64,000 nt of DNA from Desulfomonilia bacterium (GTDB lineage Bacteria > Desulfobacterota > Desulfomonilia > UBA1062). The first letter of the stretch is position 1, and the number at the start of each line of letters is the position of its first letter. The translations under genes were made by a program, and so were the position numbers. Positions 52,036 to 60,919 of the stretch are shown here, one piece after another. Under the pieces are notes generated by a model. It saw nothing but the letters and a program-made list of their open reading frames with translations, was not told the DNA's origin and searched no databases. Location: the NCBI GenBank assembly GCA_963664325.2, contig CAXXDQ010000003.1, forward strand, positions 1-64,000, given 5' to 3'.

Positions 52036-52748
52036 TCGTCATACCTGCAATCGATTTGCACCACGGGAAGGTGGTCCGGCTTAAAAAGGGCGATTTCAAT
52101 GCGGTTACCATTTACAGCGATTCGGTTGCTTCAATCGCCAGAACCTTTGAAGAGGCGGGCGCCAGTCGCATCCATGTGGTCGACCTCGACGGCTCGCTTG
52201 AGGGCAGGCGCATAAATGCCGATTCGATAAAGGCGATATGCGATGCAGTGAATGTGGAAGTGGAGCTGGGCGGCGGGATAAGGACGCTGGCCAATGCCGA
52301 TGAGGCGTTCGGACTGGGCGTGTCCTATGTTATTTTAGGGACCGTCGTTATAAGTGATCCTGAAGCCGCAAAAGAGATACTCAGCGCCTTTCCGGGTAAG
52401 GCGGGCCTCGGGATAGACGCCAGGGACGGCAAGGTCGCCACGGCGGGCTGGACAGAGACCTCAACCATGGATGTCCTGGAGGTTGCAAGGGAGTTCGAGG
52501 ATTCGAATCCCGCCTTCATAGTCTATACCGATATCAGCCGCGACGGCATGCTGACAGGCCCCGATGTCGAGGCGACTGAAAAACTGGCCTCATCGGTTAA
52601 GACGCCGGTTATAGCCTCGGGCGGCGTGTCGAGCCTGGAGGATCTGATTGAACTCAACAAAATAAAAGGCCTTTATGGCGCGATAACAGGCAAGGCCATA
52701 TATGAAGGCAAACTCGACCTGAGACAGGCCATTAAAGATATAAAGTAA
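52032..52748 (+). CDS. hisA: ProFAR isomerase
   Basis: IPAIDL..GKVVRL.KG, VDLDG, GGGIRT, TDISRDG.L.G, ASGGV. Confidence 0.96.
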   Translation: MIVIPAIDLHHGKVVRLKKGDFNAVTIYSDSVASIARTFEEAGASRIHVVDLDGSLEGRRINADSIKAICDAVNVEVELGGGIRTLANADEAFGLGVSYVILGTVVISDPEAAKEILSAFPGKAGLGIDARDGKVATAGWTETSTMDVLEVAREFEDSNPAFIVYTDISRDGMLTGPDVEATEKLASSVKTPVIASGGVSSLEDLIELNKIKGLYGAITGKAIYEGKLDLRQAIKDIK

Positions 52749-52790
52749 CATTTTCATTTAAATAAAGGCATGATGTGACAAAGTTTTGAT

Positions 52791-52857
52791 AGAACTGGAC
52801 AGGGATAAAGAACTCAAAAGTAAAGTCGGCTCTATTTTGTCAAGAATAAAGGCCTGA
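52791..52857 (+). repeat. Diverged direct copy of the last 67 bp of the downstream Y1 transposase gene
   Basis: 60/67 identical to 54102-54168; last 26 bp identical; translates ELDRDKELKSKVGSILSRIKA*. Confidence 0.9.
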
Positions 52858-52889
52858 TACGATAGGTTCACAGGGGTGGGTAGATATTG

Positions 52890-53123
52890 ATGATTACATG
52901 TTCAAAATGCGGTACAAGTTATAAACATATTAAAAAGGAGACAATGGGATGGATATTGCTTTTGTTTGAACTACTATTTATTTGTTTGTTTGGTATGATA
53001 AATATCGTTGATTCTATTCTCATAATTCCTGGAATATATTGGATAATTACAAAACCATCAAAGAAGTTTATTTGTAGAAAATGTTGTCCAAATGGGAAAT
53101 TACCAGTGGAGCCAAGGGTGTGA
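52890..53123 (+). CDS. Small AT-rich membrane protein, CxxC-hydrophobic-CxxC (LITAF-like zinc ribbon architecture)
   Basis: CSKC, two hydrophobic stretches, CRKC; visibly lower GC than the flanks. Confidence 0.6.
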   Translation: MITCSKCGTSYKHIKKETMGWILLLFELLFICLFGMINIVDSILIIPGIYWIITKPSKKFICRKCCPNGKLPVEPRV

Positions 53124-53180
53124 TACCGACCGATAATGTGTCACCCCAATTTGAAAAGTTATGCAGCGAACCAAATGGTG

Positions 53181-54168
53181 TCAGGCCTTTAAGCTTGACA
53201 ATTCTGTTGATTGGGTTTAGGTTTTTGACATGGGAAGGCCGTTGAGAATCGAATATCCCGGAGCACTGTATCATATAGCCAGCCGGGGCAACGAAAGGTC
53301 GGACATATTCAGGGATGACGCCGACAGATTGAAGTTTCTGGACATGCTCAAGGATTACCATGAAAGGTTCGGCATCCTCATTCATTGCTATGTATTGATG
53401 GATAATCATTATCATCTTGTCGTTGAAACCCCCATGGGCAATATCCTCAAGGTGATGCACGGACTCAACAGCGGGTATACGGGATATTTCAACAGAAAAT
53501 ACAATCGGTCGGGACATCTTTTCCAGGGCAGATACAAGGCGGTCATTGTGGATAAGGAAAGCTATCTGATCGAATTGTCCAGATATGTCCACCTCAATCC
53601 GGTCAGGGCCGGGATGGTCGAACATCCCGAACAGTATGCCTGGAGCAGCTATAAGGGGTACTTGCAGAAGAAGGATTCATCAGACTGGGTGGAGTATTCC
53701 TGGATTCTGGGGGCGTTCGGGAACAGAAATCAGCGCAGGCATTACAAGGAATACGTATCACTGGGAACATCAGAAAGCCCGATGAAAAAACTTTACGGCC
53801 AGATCGTGCTTGGCTCCGAAGAATTCATATCAAGACTAAAAAAGGTATTGCCGAAGGACAGCGGCGAAGGGGTATTGAAGAAGAGGCAATTAAATTCCTG
53901 TTCCGATCCGCATACGATTCTTAAGATAACCGCCGAAGAGTTCGGTATGACACCTGACGAGCTGAAGACGAAGGGCGTTCACAGGGATACCGCAATATAT
54001 CTTGTGAGGAGATATTCCGGGCTGGGCAACAACGGGACCGGCGAGTTGTTCGGTGGCATGCATTATACGGCAGTGAGCAGGCTGTGCACCGGTTTTTCAA
54101 AAGAACTGGACAAGGACAAAAAACTCAAAAGAAAAGTCGAGACTATTTTGTCAAGAATAAAGGCCTGA
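53181..54168 (+). mobile_element. Y1/HUH transposase unit bounded by 21-bp inverted repeats
   Basis: tcaggcctttaagcttgacaa (53181-53201) vs ttgtcaagaataaaggcctga (54148-54168): 19/21 complementary. Confidence 0.75.
53230..54168 (+). CDS. REP-associated-type tyrosine (Y1/HUH, IS200-like) transposase with C-terminal DnaA_C-like HTH
   Basis: MGRPLRIEYPGALYHI.SRGN, YVLMDNHYHL (HUH), GHLFQGRYKA, RYVHLNPVRAG (catalytic Tyr), WSSY; C-terminal R..AIYL.R...G...G..FGG..YTAVS. Confidence 0.92.
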   Translation: MGRPLRIEYPGALYHIASRGNERSDIFRDDADRLKFLDMLKDYHERFGILIHCYVLMDNHYHLVVETPMGNILKVMHGLNSGYTGYFNRKYNRSGHLFQGRYKAVIVDKESYLIELSRYVHLNPVRAGMVEHPEQYAWSSYKGYLQKKDSSDWVEYSWILGAFGNRNQRRHYKEYVSLGTSESPMKKLYGQIVLGSEEFISRLKKVLPKDSGEGVLKKRQLNSCSDPHTILKITAEEFGMTPDELKTKGVHRDTAIYLVRRYSGLGNNGTGELFGGMHYTAVSRLCTGFSKELDKDKKLKRKVETILSRIKA

Positions 54169-54181
54169 CGTTAAAGGTTCC

Positions 54182-55516
54182 TTAAAAAAGATAGTAGCGC
54201 AGCCAGATATAAAGCATCGAGATAATTACCGACTCTATCATCAGCGGCATGCCGTAGAGCATGAAACGCATAAATGTTACAGGCCTGCCCATCTTTTCTG
54301 CGATGCCGACGACAATCACATTGGCTGATGCCCCTATGGCGGTGCCGTTGCCGCCGAGGCAGGCGCCGAGCGCCAGCGACCACCATACGGGCATAAGCCC
54401 CTGGTTGTGAAGAAGGGCGGCACCCGAGAGATCAGGCCAGAGCTGTTTCGCCATGTCTATTATGAGCGGGTTCATGGTCGCCACATAAGGGATGTTGTCC
54501 ACAAAGGCCGAGGCGAATGCGGAAAACCACAGCACGGCCATGCTTGTCCCGAACAGGTTTCCGTGGGTCAGGGCCAGGAGCTTTACAGAAAGCCATTTGA
54601 TAAGCCCCACCTTTACAACGGCGCCGATTATTATAAAGAGCCCTATGAAGAAGAACAGGGAACTCCATTCAACCTCGGCGAACAGCCTGTGAGGATCTTT
54701 AGTCCCGGATATGAGCAGCAGGCAGGCGGCCCCAGACAGGGCGATGGTGGCCGGTTCCATATGAAGTGTGCCGTGAAAGACAAACCCGGCCATTGTCAGT
54801 ATGATGACAACCAGAGATTTTATAAGAAGCCTTCTGTCTTTGATGGCCTCCTTTTCATTCATTGCCATGACGCGAAGTCTCAGCTCCTCCCTGACCGTAA
54901 GCCTTTTTGCAAAGACGATCCACAGGGTGAGGACATAGGCCGCAAGGATGATCATTATCACCGGTGTGAGATTATTGATGAAGTCCATGAATGTGAGGCC
55001 CGCCTTTGAGGCTATCATTATATTAGGCGGATCACCGATGAGCGTTGCCGTCCCTCCAATGTTTGAGGCTATCGCCTCAGTAATCAGATAGGGCACCACG
55101 TCGATCTCAAGCGCCTGGCATATGAGCAGGGTCACCGGTGCTATCAGCAGCACGGTGGTGACATTGTCGAGAAAAGCCGAGATGATGGCCGTCACAACAG
55201 AGAAGATGGCCATTATCCTGAAAGGCCTGCCTTTTGCAAGTTTTGCGCTTTTGATGGCGATGTATTCGAAAACGCCTGTAGGCCTCATTATGTTGATTAT
55301 CACCATCATGGCGAAAAGAAGGAATATGACGTTCCAGTCCACGCCGAATTCCGTTGAATGGAAAGCCTCTTCCTGGGTGAGAATTCCCAGTACTATGATT
55401 AATGAAGCACCGGCGAGCGCCACTACTGTTTTGTGAATTCTCTCCGATATTATCAGGGCATAGGCTAAAATAAAAACAGCAGTTGCCATAATGAAAACGG
55501 GTGTGAAGCTTATCAT
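54182..55516 (-). CDS. ArsB/NhaD (ion transporter superfamily) permease
   Basis: SAFLDNVTTVLL, SNIGGTATLIGDPPN, DNIPY, GACLGGNGT.IGASAN. Confidence 0.9.
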   Translation of the reverse strand: MISFTPVFIMATAVFILAYALIISERIHKTVVALAGASLIIVLGILTQEEAFHSTEFGVDWNVIFLLFAMMVIINIMRPTGVFEYIAIKSAKLAKGRPFRIMAIFSVVTAIISAFLDNVTTVLLIAPVTLLICQALEIDVVPYLITEAIASNIGGTATLIGDPPNIMIASKAGLTFMDFINNLTPVIMIILAAYVLTLWIVFAKRLTVREELRLRVMAMNEKEAIKDRRLLIKSLVVIILTMAGFVFHGTLHMEPATIALSGAACLLLISGTKDPHRLFAEVEWSSLFFFIGLFIIIGAVVKVGLIKWLSVKLLALTHGNLFGTSMAVLWFSAFASAFVDNIPYVATMNPLIIDMAKQLWPDLSGAALLHNQGLMPVWWSLALGACLGGNGTAIGASANVIVVGIAEKMGRPVTFMRFMLYGMPLMIESVIISMLYIWLRYYLF

Positions 55517-55546
55517 TTCAGAAACAGGTCCTCTAAAACACATTCT

Positions 55547-56032
55547 TTATTCCCCGTTTTTTCCAGCTATTGCATCGGCAACAGTAAAGAATATGTCGGA
55601 TTCATACAGCATGCCCGTAAGCCTTCCCTCCGAATCAACCACGGGCAGCGTCGAGATGGAATACCTGAGTATATGGTCGACGCACTCCATGAGAGGGTCG
55701 TCTTCCTTAACGGCGGTAGCGGGCGGGTTCATGATCTCTGAAATCTTTTTGCCGGAGGCTTCCTTTGCGAGCGTTTCGAGCATCCCGTCCCAGGTGAAAA
55801 GGCTCAGGTCTGAAAGTGATAAGTATGACGGGTAAACGGCCCTTAATATGTCCCTTATCGAAACAATGCCTGCCAGCTTTCCATTATCATTAAGCACTGG
55901 GAGGCTCTTTGATGAAGAGGTCCGGTCCTGTTCGCGGTGGGTCCTCAGCATCAATACAAAATCTTTTATCTCGTGTTCGGGTTTCAGGTAGAGCGAAACA
56001 GGGACCATAATGTCATGTGCTTTCATGGGCAC
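55547..56032 (-). CDS. CBS-pair protein
   Basis: LPVLND.GKL.GIVS..D; LPVVD.EGRL.G. Confidence 0.85.
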   Translation of the reverse strand: MPMKAHDIMVPVSLYLKPEHEIKDFVLMLRTHREQDRTSSSKSLPVLNDNGKLAGIVSIRDILRAVYPSYLSLSDLSLFTWDGMLETLAKEASGKKISEIMNPPATAVKEDDPLMECVDHILRYSISTLPVVDSEGRLTGMLYESDIFFTVADAIAGKNGE

Positions 56033-56053
56033 CTCCGTCTGAATTCCTTTGTG

Positions 56054-56692
56054 TTACAGGCTTGCATTTCGCCATTTTCTTACCGAGTTGATGAAGTATA
56101 TCCGCGAGCAGTCTTCAAGGGTGTCAGCCTTAATCACCCTTTCGGAAATTACGCCCGCTTTTATTAGCGAACTTCTGAACGTGCCGTCTAAAAGTCCGCA
56201 GGAAACAGGAGGGGTGAAGAGCTTTCGGCCAATTTCAGCGACTATGTTCGAAGAGCTGCCCTCGGTTATCTCTCCGCGCTCGTTATATAAAATGACGTCA
56301 TCAAAGCCGGGCCGGGAGGCCCTGGCCTCTTCATAAACCCGGCGGTTTGTTGTCTTGTGATAAAGGAACACATTGCCGGAATCGACAGGTGTTTCCGCCA
56401 GTGCGACCCTTATAGGCGCAACAGGTTTTACAGGTTCGGAAACTATTTCGATCCCGCCGTCATGCGCCAGAAGTATCTTGACCTTGCATGGTTTCTTCTC
56501 GAGCCTTCGGGCAAATTTATCGAGCAATGCGAGGGACTTGTCTTTAAAAAAAGGATAGCAAAAGTATCCGGCGGATGCCGATATCCTGGACATATGTTCT
56601 TCAAGGAGAAAATATCCATCCTCAGGCGTGAACAGGATAGATTCCAGGAGCCTGAATTCAGGAAGGTTGCGGGTGAGGACTTTCTCTTTCAT
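56054..56692 (-). CDS. Aminotransferase class IV / PabC-like domain
   Basis: HKTTNR..Y, N..GEITEG...N, TPPV.CGLL.GTFR, NSVR. Confidence 0.8.
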   Translation of the reverse strand: MKEKVLTRNLPEFRLLESILFTPEDGYFLLEEHMSRISASAGYFCYPFFKDKSLALLDKFARRLEKKPCKVKILLAHDGGIEIVSEPVKPVAPIRVALAETPVDSGNVFLYHKTTNRRVYEEARASRPGFDDVILYNERGEITEGSSSNIVAEIGRKLFTPPVSCGLLDGTFRSSLIKAGVISERVIKADTLEDCSRIYFINSVRKWRNASL

Positions 56693-56728
56693 ATGGTACG
56701 CCTCGTGTTCATATTGAGTTTCCAGTTC

Positions 56729-57529
56729 TCAGACAAGTCCATTTGTATATCCGGCAACAATGAACCGATAACCCCAGTCTATTGAATCAAGATTAAGCAC
56801 ATGTCCATACTGTTGTACCCAGCTGCCGTTGGCAAGGTCATTTTGAAGTTTCTCAATGCCGCAGCGAACCTGAGCCTTATCGGCAACTGCAAAACCTGAC
56901 ATGGCCTGCCTCACATTCTTGTTCAGATAAGCGGACGGCTCTCTCCAGAAAGCGGCAAGAAACTTGTCATTAAGATCAGGCGGCAGCCTGAACACATATG
57001 CCCTGGCCCTGTTTCCTGTTGCCTCTGCAAACAAACTCACCAGTTCATTTACCGGAGGGAAAATCCTCATGGCATCCGCCCATATTTCAGGGAAGTAATC
57101 AGCTATCCATGGGTTTTGAGCTTTACGCGGATCGAATGTAAACCATACTATGGGTCCTTCGGGGCATATACGGTTCATTTCACTTAATGATTCTGGAATT
57201 GAAGTGAAATGATGGCTGGCCATTATGCTGACAACCGCGTCAACCGATGCATCCGCTAACGGTATGTTTTCAGCAACGCCTTTGATCCACTCTACTTTAC
57301 TATTCTTGACGGATTGGTTTTTCATTGTTTCCGAGGGCTCGACTGCTTTTACAAAAAACCCATGGTCGGCCATCGCATTGGCGTAATTTCCGGAACCTGC
57401 GCCGATGTCGGCGATTATTGAGTTTCCGGGGATGTTCAGATAATCCATGATGCAACTGACAATCCTGTGATCCGCCCTGCGGTGTATGGAATAATTCTTA
57501 CCGATTTTATCATAGAGAACAGGTTTCAT
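56729..57529 (-). CDS. Class I SAM-dependent methyltransferase
   Basis: YD.IG..Y...RR.D.RI, DIGAGSGNY, AVEPS..M, AE.IPL.D.S.D. Confidence 0.88.
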   Translation of the reverse strand: MKPVLYDKIGKNYSIHRRADHRIVSCIMDYLNIPGNSIIADIGAGSGNYANAMADHGFFVKAVEPSETMKNQSVKNSKVEWIKGVAENIPLADASVDAVVSIMASHHFTSIPESLSEMNRICPEGPIVWFTFDPRKAQNPWIADYFPEIWADAMRIFPPVNELVSLFAEATGNRARAYVFRLPPDLNDKFLAAFWREPSAYLNKNVRQAMSGFAVADKAQVRCGIEKLQNDLANGSWVQQYGHVLNLDSIDWGYRFIVAGYTNGLV

Positions 57530-57809
57530 GTCGATTATGTTTAATACATTTTCAGCAAAAAACACACTACAAGTAGGCGTACATAATCCCAAAGGTGTTT
57601 TAGAGCGAAGTCCTTAGAAATTCTTGCCAATGAACGCTTTCACTTAAAAATAATTTGCTTAAAAAAACTAATGACCTTAATCTGGGCTTCCGGCTTTCAT
57701 TTTCAGTCATAAAAAATCTTTGAACTTTGTAAAATTCAATGGACGTTTCAATAAGCTTTTTATTGAATATAAGTAAAAAATCATAATAGATACTTTCAAG
57801 GAGAGGCTG

Positions 57810-58673
57810 ATGGAAATAAGCTCGTCTTTTATCGGAACCATATTGAAACCGCTTAAAAAAACAGTCACGCTACGGGATGTTATGAACTACGCGGCAGGGG
57901 TGTTTGATGCAAATCCCTGCTATCTCGACGATGAAAGACCCGGGGGCATCATTGCACCGCCCATGTTTGCAGTAAGGCTTACATGGCCCGTAATCGGCAA
58001 CATCCGGGATTATATCGAGGATGCAAGCTTCCCCGGGGAACTGCTGACGACAATCGTACATTATACGGAACACATCAGGTTTTCAGGGCCTGTCAGACCC
58101 GGGGATGAGATTGAGATAAAAGGGGAGATTGCAGCCATCCTTCCCCGCAGCACGGGAACGCATATCGTTCTCAGACTAACAGCTTCTGATAACAAGGGGA
58201 ATCATGTCTTCACCGAACACATCGGCGGCATGCTCAGGGGGGTCACCTGTACGGATAAGGGAAGGGGTGCGGAGGACCTGCCTGTATTGCCCGGATTTGA
58301 TAACTCGGTAGCGGCCTGGGAGAAATCTGTCAGGATAGACCCCCTCGCCGCTCACATCTATGACGGTTGTGCTGATATTCACTTCCCCATACATACGTCC
58401 CCGGGATTCGCTCATTTGGTCGGTCTTCCGGGCATCATCCTTCAGGGGACTGCAACCCTGGCGTATGCCGTGAGGGAAATTACGAATGCCGAGGCAGCAG
58501 GCGATCCCTCAAGGATAAATACGATTGCATGCAGATTTAAAGGAATGGTGATGCCGGGCACGGATATTAATATCAGGCTCCTTCATAAAAACGGCAAAGG
58601 CGGGTTTTTCTTCGATGTGCTTAACGACAAGGGAATGCAGGCCATAGGCAACGGTTATATTAATATTGCATAA
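57810..58673 (+). CDS. Double hot-dog MaoC-like (R)-enoyl-CoA hydratase
   Basis: YA....D.NP.Y; D..FPIH....A...GLPGIILQG..T; RF..MV.PG. Confidence 0.85.
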   Translation: MEISSSFIGTILKPLKKTVTLRDVMNYAAGVFDANPCYLDDERPGGIIAPPMFAVRLTWPVIGNIRDYIEDASFPGELLTTIVHYTEHIRFSGPVRPGDEIEIKGEIAAILPRSTGTHIVLRLTASDNKGNHVFTEHIGGMLRGVTCTDKGRGAEDLPVLPGFDNSVAAWEKSVRIDPLAAHIYDGCADIHFPIHTSPGFAHLVGLPGIILQGTATLAYAVREITNAEAAGDPSRINTIACRFKGMVMPGTDINIRLLHKNGKGGFFFDVLNDKGMQAIGNGYINIA

Positions 58674-58760
58674 TCATGGAAAATAAAGACAAACACCATT
58701 GCCGCTATTGGAGGAGAAAGCGGTTTCCTTGCGGGTTTCAATTGGGTTTATGGTTCGATT

Positions 58761-59417
58761 TCAGGACACTTTCGGTATAACCGTGAACATGACCGCAAAA
58801 AAGTGTGAAACGCTGCCGCCAAGGACGAACAGGTGCCAGATGGCGTGGTTGAAGGGGAGCCTTTCCCAGGCATAAAAGATCACGCCGAAGGTATATGAGA
58901 GCCCGCCCGCGACAAGGAATATGAGGCCGGAAGTCGGCAGAAGCGAGAACATGGGCTTGAATGCAACCACCCCTATCCATCCCATGGCGATATAGAGTAT
59001 GAGGCTCAATATCTCGAATTTCATCTTTGTAAGGGTCTGCAGCAGCACACCCAGCACGGCCAGGCCCCATATGATGCCGAAGAGCGTCCATCCCTGGCCG
59101 CCCTTAAGCGTTACAAGGGTGAAGGGCGTATATGTGCCTGCTATCAGAAGGAATATGGCCGAGTGGTCGAAGACCCTGAACACCTTTTTCACCTTCTTGT
59201 TCTGTATGGCGTGGTAAAGGGTTGAAGCGGTATAGAGAATGATCAGGGTGGCGCCGAATATGCTGCATCCGACGATATGGCGGGCGGTGCCGAAGACCGC
59301 TGCAAACGCCGTGAGTATGGCTAGCGCCGCTATTGCCAGCACTATGCCGATGCCATGTGTTATACTGTGTGCAATTTCCTCTGAGAATTTATATTTAGGA
59401 AGTGCGATTCCAGGCAT
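58761..59417 (-). CDS. Hemolysin III / PAQR family membrane protein
   Basis: EEIA.SITHG, STLYH, DHSAIFLLIAGTYTP, HAIWHLFVLGG. Confidence 0.93.
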   Translation of the reverse strand: MPGIALPKYKFSEEIAHSITHGIGIVLAIAALAILTAFAAVFGTARHIVGCSIFGATLIILYTASTLYHAIQNKKVKKVFRVFDHSAIFLLIAGTYTPFTLVTLKGGQGWTLFGIIWGLAVLGVLLQTLTKMKFEILSLILYIAMGWIGVVAFKPMFSLLPTSGLIFLVAGGLSYTFGVIFYAWERLPFNHAIWHLFVLGGSVSHFFAVMFTVIPKVS

Positions 59418-59646
59418 TATCGGCTCCTTAAAGGTTATTCGACTGGCAGGATTAGCATATAATATCTTAAACATCAAAGGGCATTTGCTTTATGCGGATC
59501 AAGACTTTCGCAGATCAGGAACATGCCTATGCATAGGCGTATATTCATAGGTTTTTATCGATCTGTTAATTAAAGCGAATTGAAAAGAGATGCCGGAACT
59601 GTATAATATAATCCGAACACGGGAATTATGCTTGAAGGAGACTGTT

Positions 59647-60531
59647 ATGCCGGAAGCGTTTATACGCTATATGAGTGCAACACCGAAGGATATGAAAGAG
59701 GCGATCGGGAAGGCGCCTTTTGCATATATTCCGCTCGGCGCGCTTGAATGGCACGGGGAGCAGAATGTGCTCGGTCTTGACAGCATAAAGGCTGAATTTA
59801 TCTGCGAACGTGCCGCTGAGCTGACGGGCGGCGTGGTTTTCCCGGTTATCCAGTGGGGGGCCTATGACCCGCTCAATTTTCCCTATACATTCAGGTTTCC
59901 GAGATGTCTCATGCGCAGGATGCTTGAAAGCATTGCCGTGCAGCTAAAGGAGATGGGATTTGAAGTGGCCGTGTTTCTTTCCGGCCATTACCCGCCCACC
60001 CAGATCAGGCACCTCAAGGGGATGTCGAGGCGGTTTTCGAAAAGGCATCGCGGTTTTCATGTACTGGGCCTGCCGGAGTTTGTCCTTGCAGGCGATATCG
60101 ACTACCTGGGCGATCATGCCGCCATGTGGGAGACGTCAATGATGATGGCTATCGACCCTGCACTGGTGCATCTTGAAAACCTGCCTGAAGATATAAATTT
60201 TGCCGAACGCGCTATCAGACACGGGGTATTCGGCAGGCACCCCCGCATGGGCGCATCTGCAGGACTCGGGGAACTCGCCCTCGACACGATTGCATCAAGA
60301 CTGGGAGGACTTGTTTTAAAGGTCTATGAAAGCCGGTCTCTTGAGCCGTATGAAAAAGCCTTGAAGGAATTTGACAGGATTTACTATGGGACATTCAATC
60401 CTTTCGGGCTAAAGAAGATTTTTGCAAACCAGGGCATTACATCGGCAAGGGACGGATTTGAATTTTTCTGGTGGTCACTCTTTAAAAAGGGAAAATACAA
60501 TTCTGGTTACCGGTACCCCGGCAAAAGGTAA
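59647..60531 (+). CDS. Creatininase/mycofactocin-peptidase family amidohydrolase
   Basis: P.GALEWHG....G.D, GH, DHA..WETS. Confidence 0.85.
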   Translation: MPEAFIRYMSATPKDMKEAIGKAPFAYIPLGALEWHGEQNVLGLDSIKAEFICERAAELTGGVVFPVIQWGAYDPLNFPYTFRFPRCLMRRMLESIAVQLKEMGFEVAVFLSGHYPPTQIRHLKGMSRRFSKRHRGFHVLGLPEFVLAGDIDYLGDHAAMWETSMMMAIDPALVHLENLPEDINFAERAIRHGVFGRHPRMGASAGLGELALDTIASRLGGLVLKVYESRSLEPYEKALKEFDRIYYGTFNPFGLKKIFANQGITSARDGFEFFWWSLFKKGKYNSGYRYPGKR

Positions 60532-60537
60532 GTTCTT

Positions 60538-60912
60538 TTATTTTCCACCCTTCAGTAGCTTGTCGAGTCCGGCAAAGGCCTTGAAGGTTGTGGAGCTTCC
60601 GGCAGACCTGTCCTGTCCGGAACTGCCGTATTCACCCTCGCCTGAAAGTATCGAATGCTCGTTGTCGTGGCAGTAGATGCACAGGAGCTCCCAGTTGCTG
60701 CCGTCGGGCGGGTTGTTGTCATGGTTGTGGTCCTTGTGGTGAACAGTAAGCTCCTTGAGCTTTTTGCCCTCGAATTCACGGCCGCAGCGCCCGCAGACAT
60801 GCGGGAAAAGTCTGAGCGCGCGCTCCCGGTAGGTTTTTTCGCGTTCCTGCTGAAGCTTTTTTGCCTCGGCAATTATATCGGAGGCGGTGTCTTTATTTCT
60901 GTTTTGAGGCAT
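60538..60912 (-). CDS. yajD: YajD family HNH protein
   Basis: YRERAL...P.VCGRCGREF....L.ELTVHHKDHNHDNNPPDGSNWELLC.YCHDNEH. Confidence 0.92.
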   Translation of the reverse strand: MPQNRNKDTASDIIAEAKKLQQEREKTYRERALRLFPHVCGRCGREFEGKKLKELTVHHKDHNHDNNPPDGSNWELLCIYCHDNEHSILSGEGEYGSSGQDRSAGSSTTFKAFAGLDKLLKGGK

Positions 60913-60919
60913 GCTTTTA

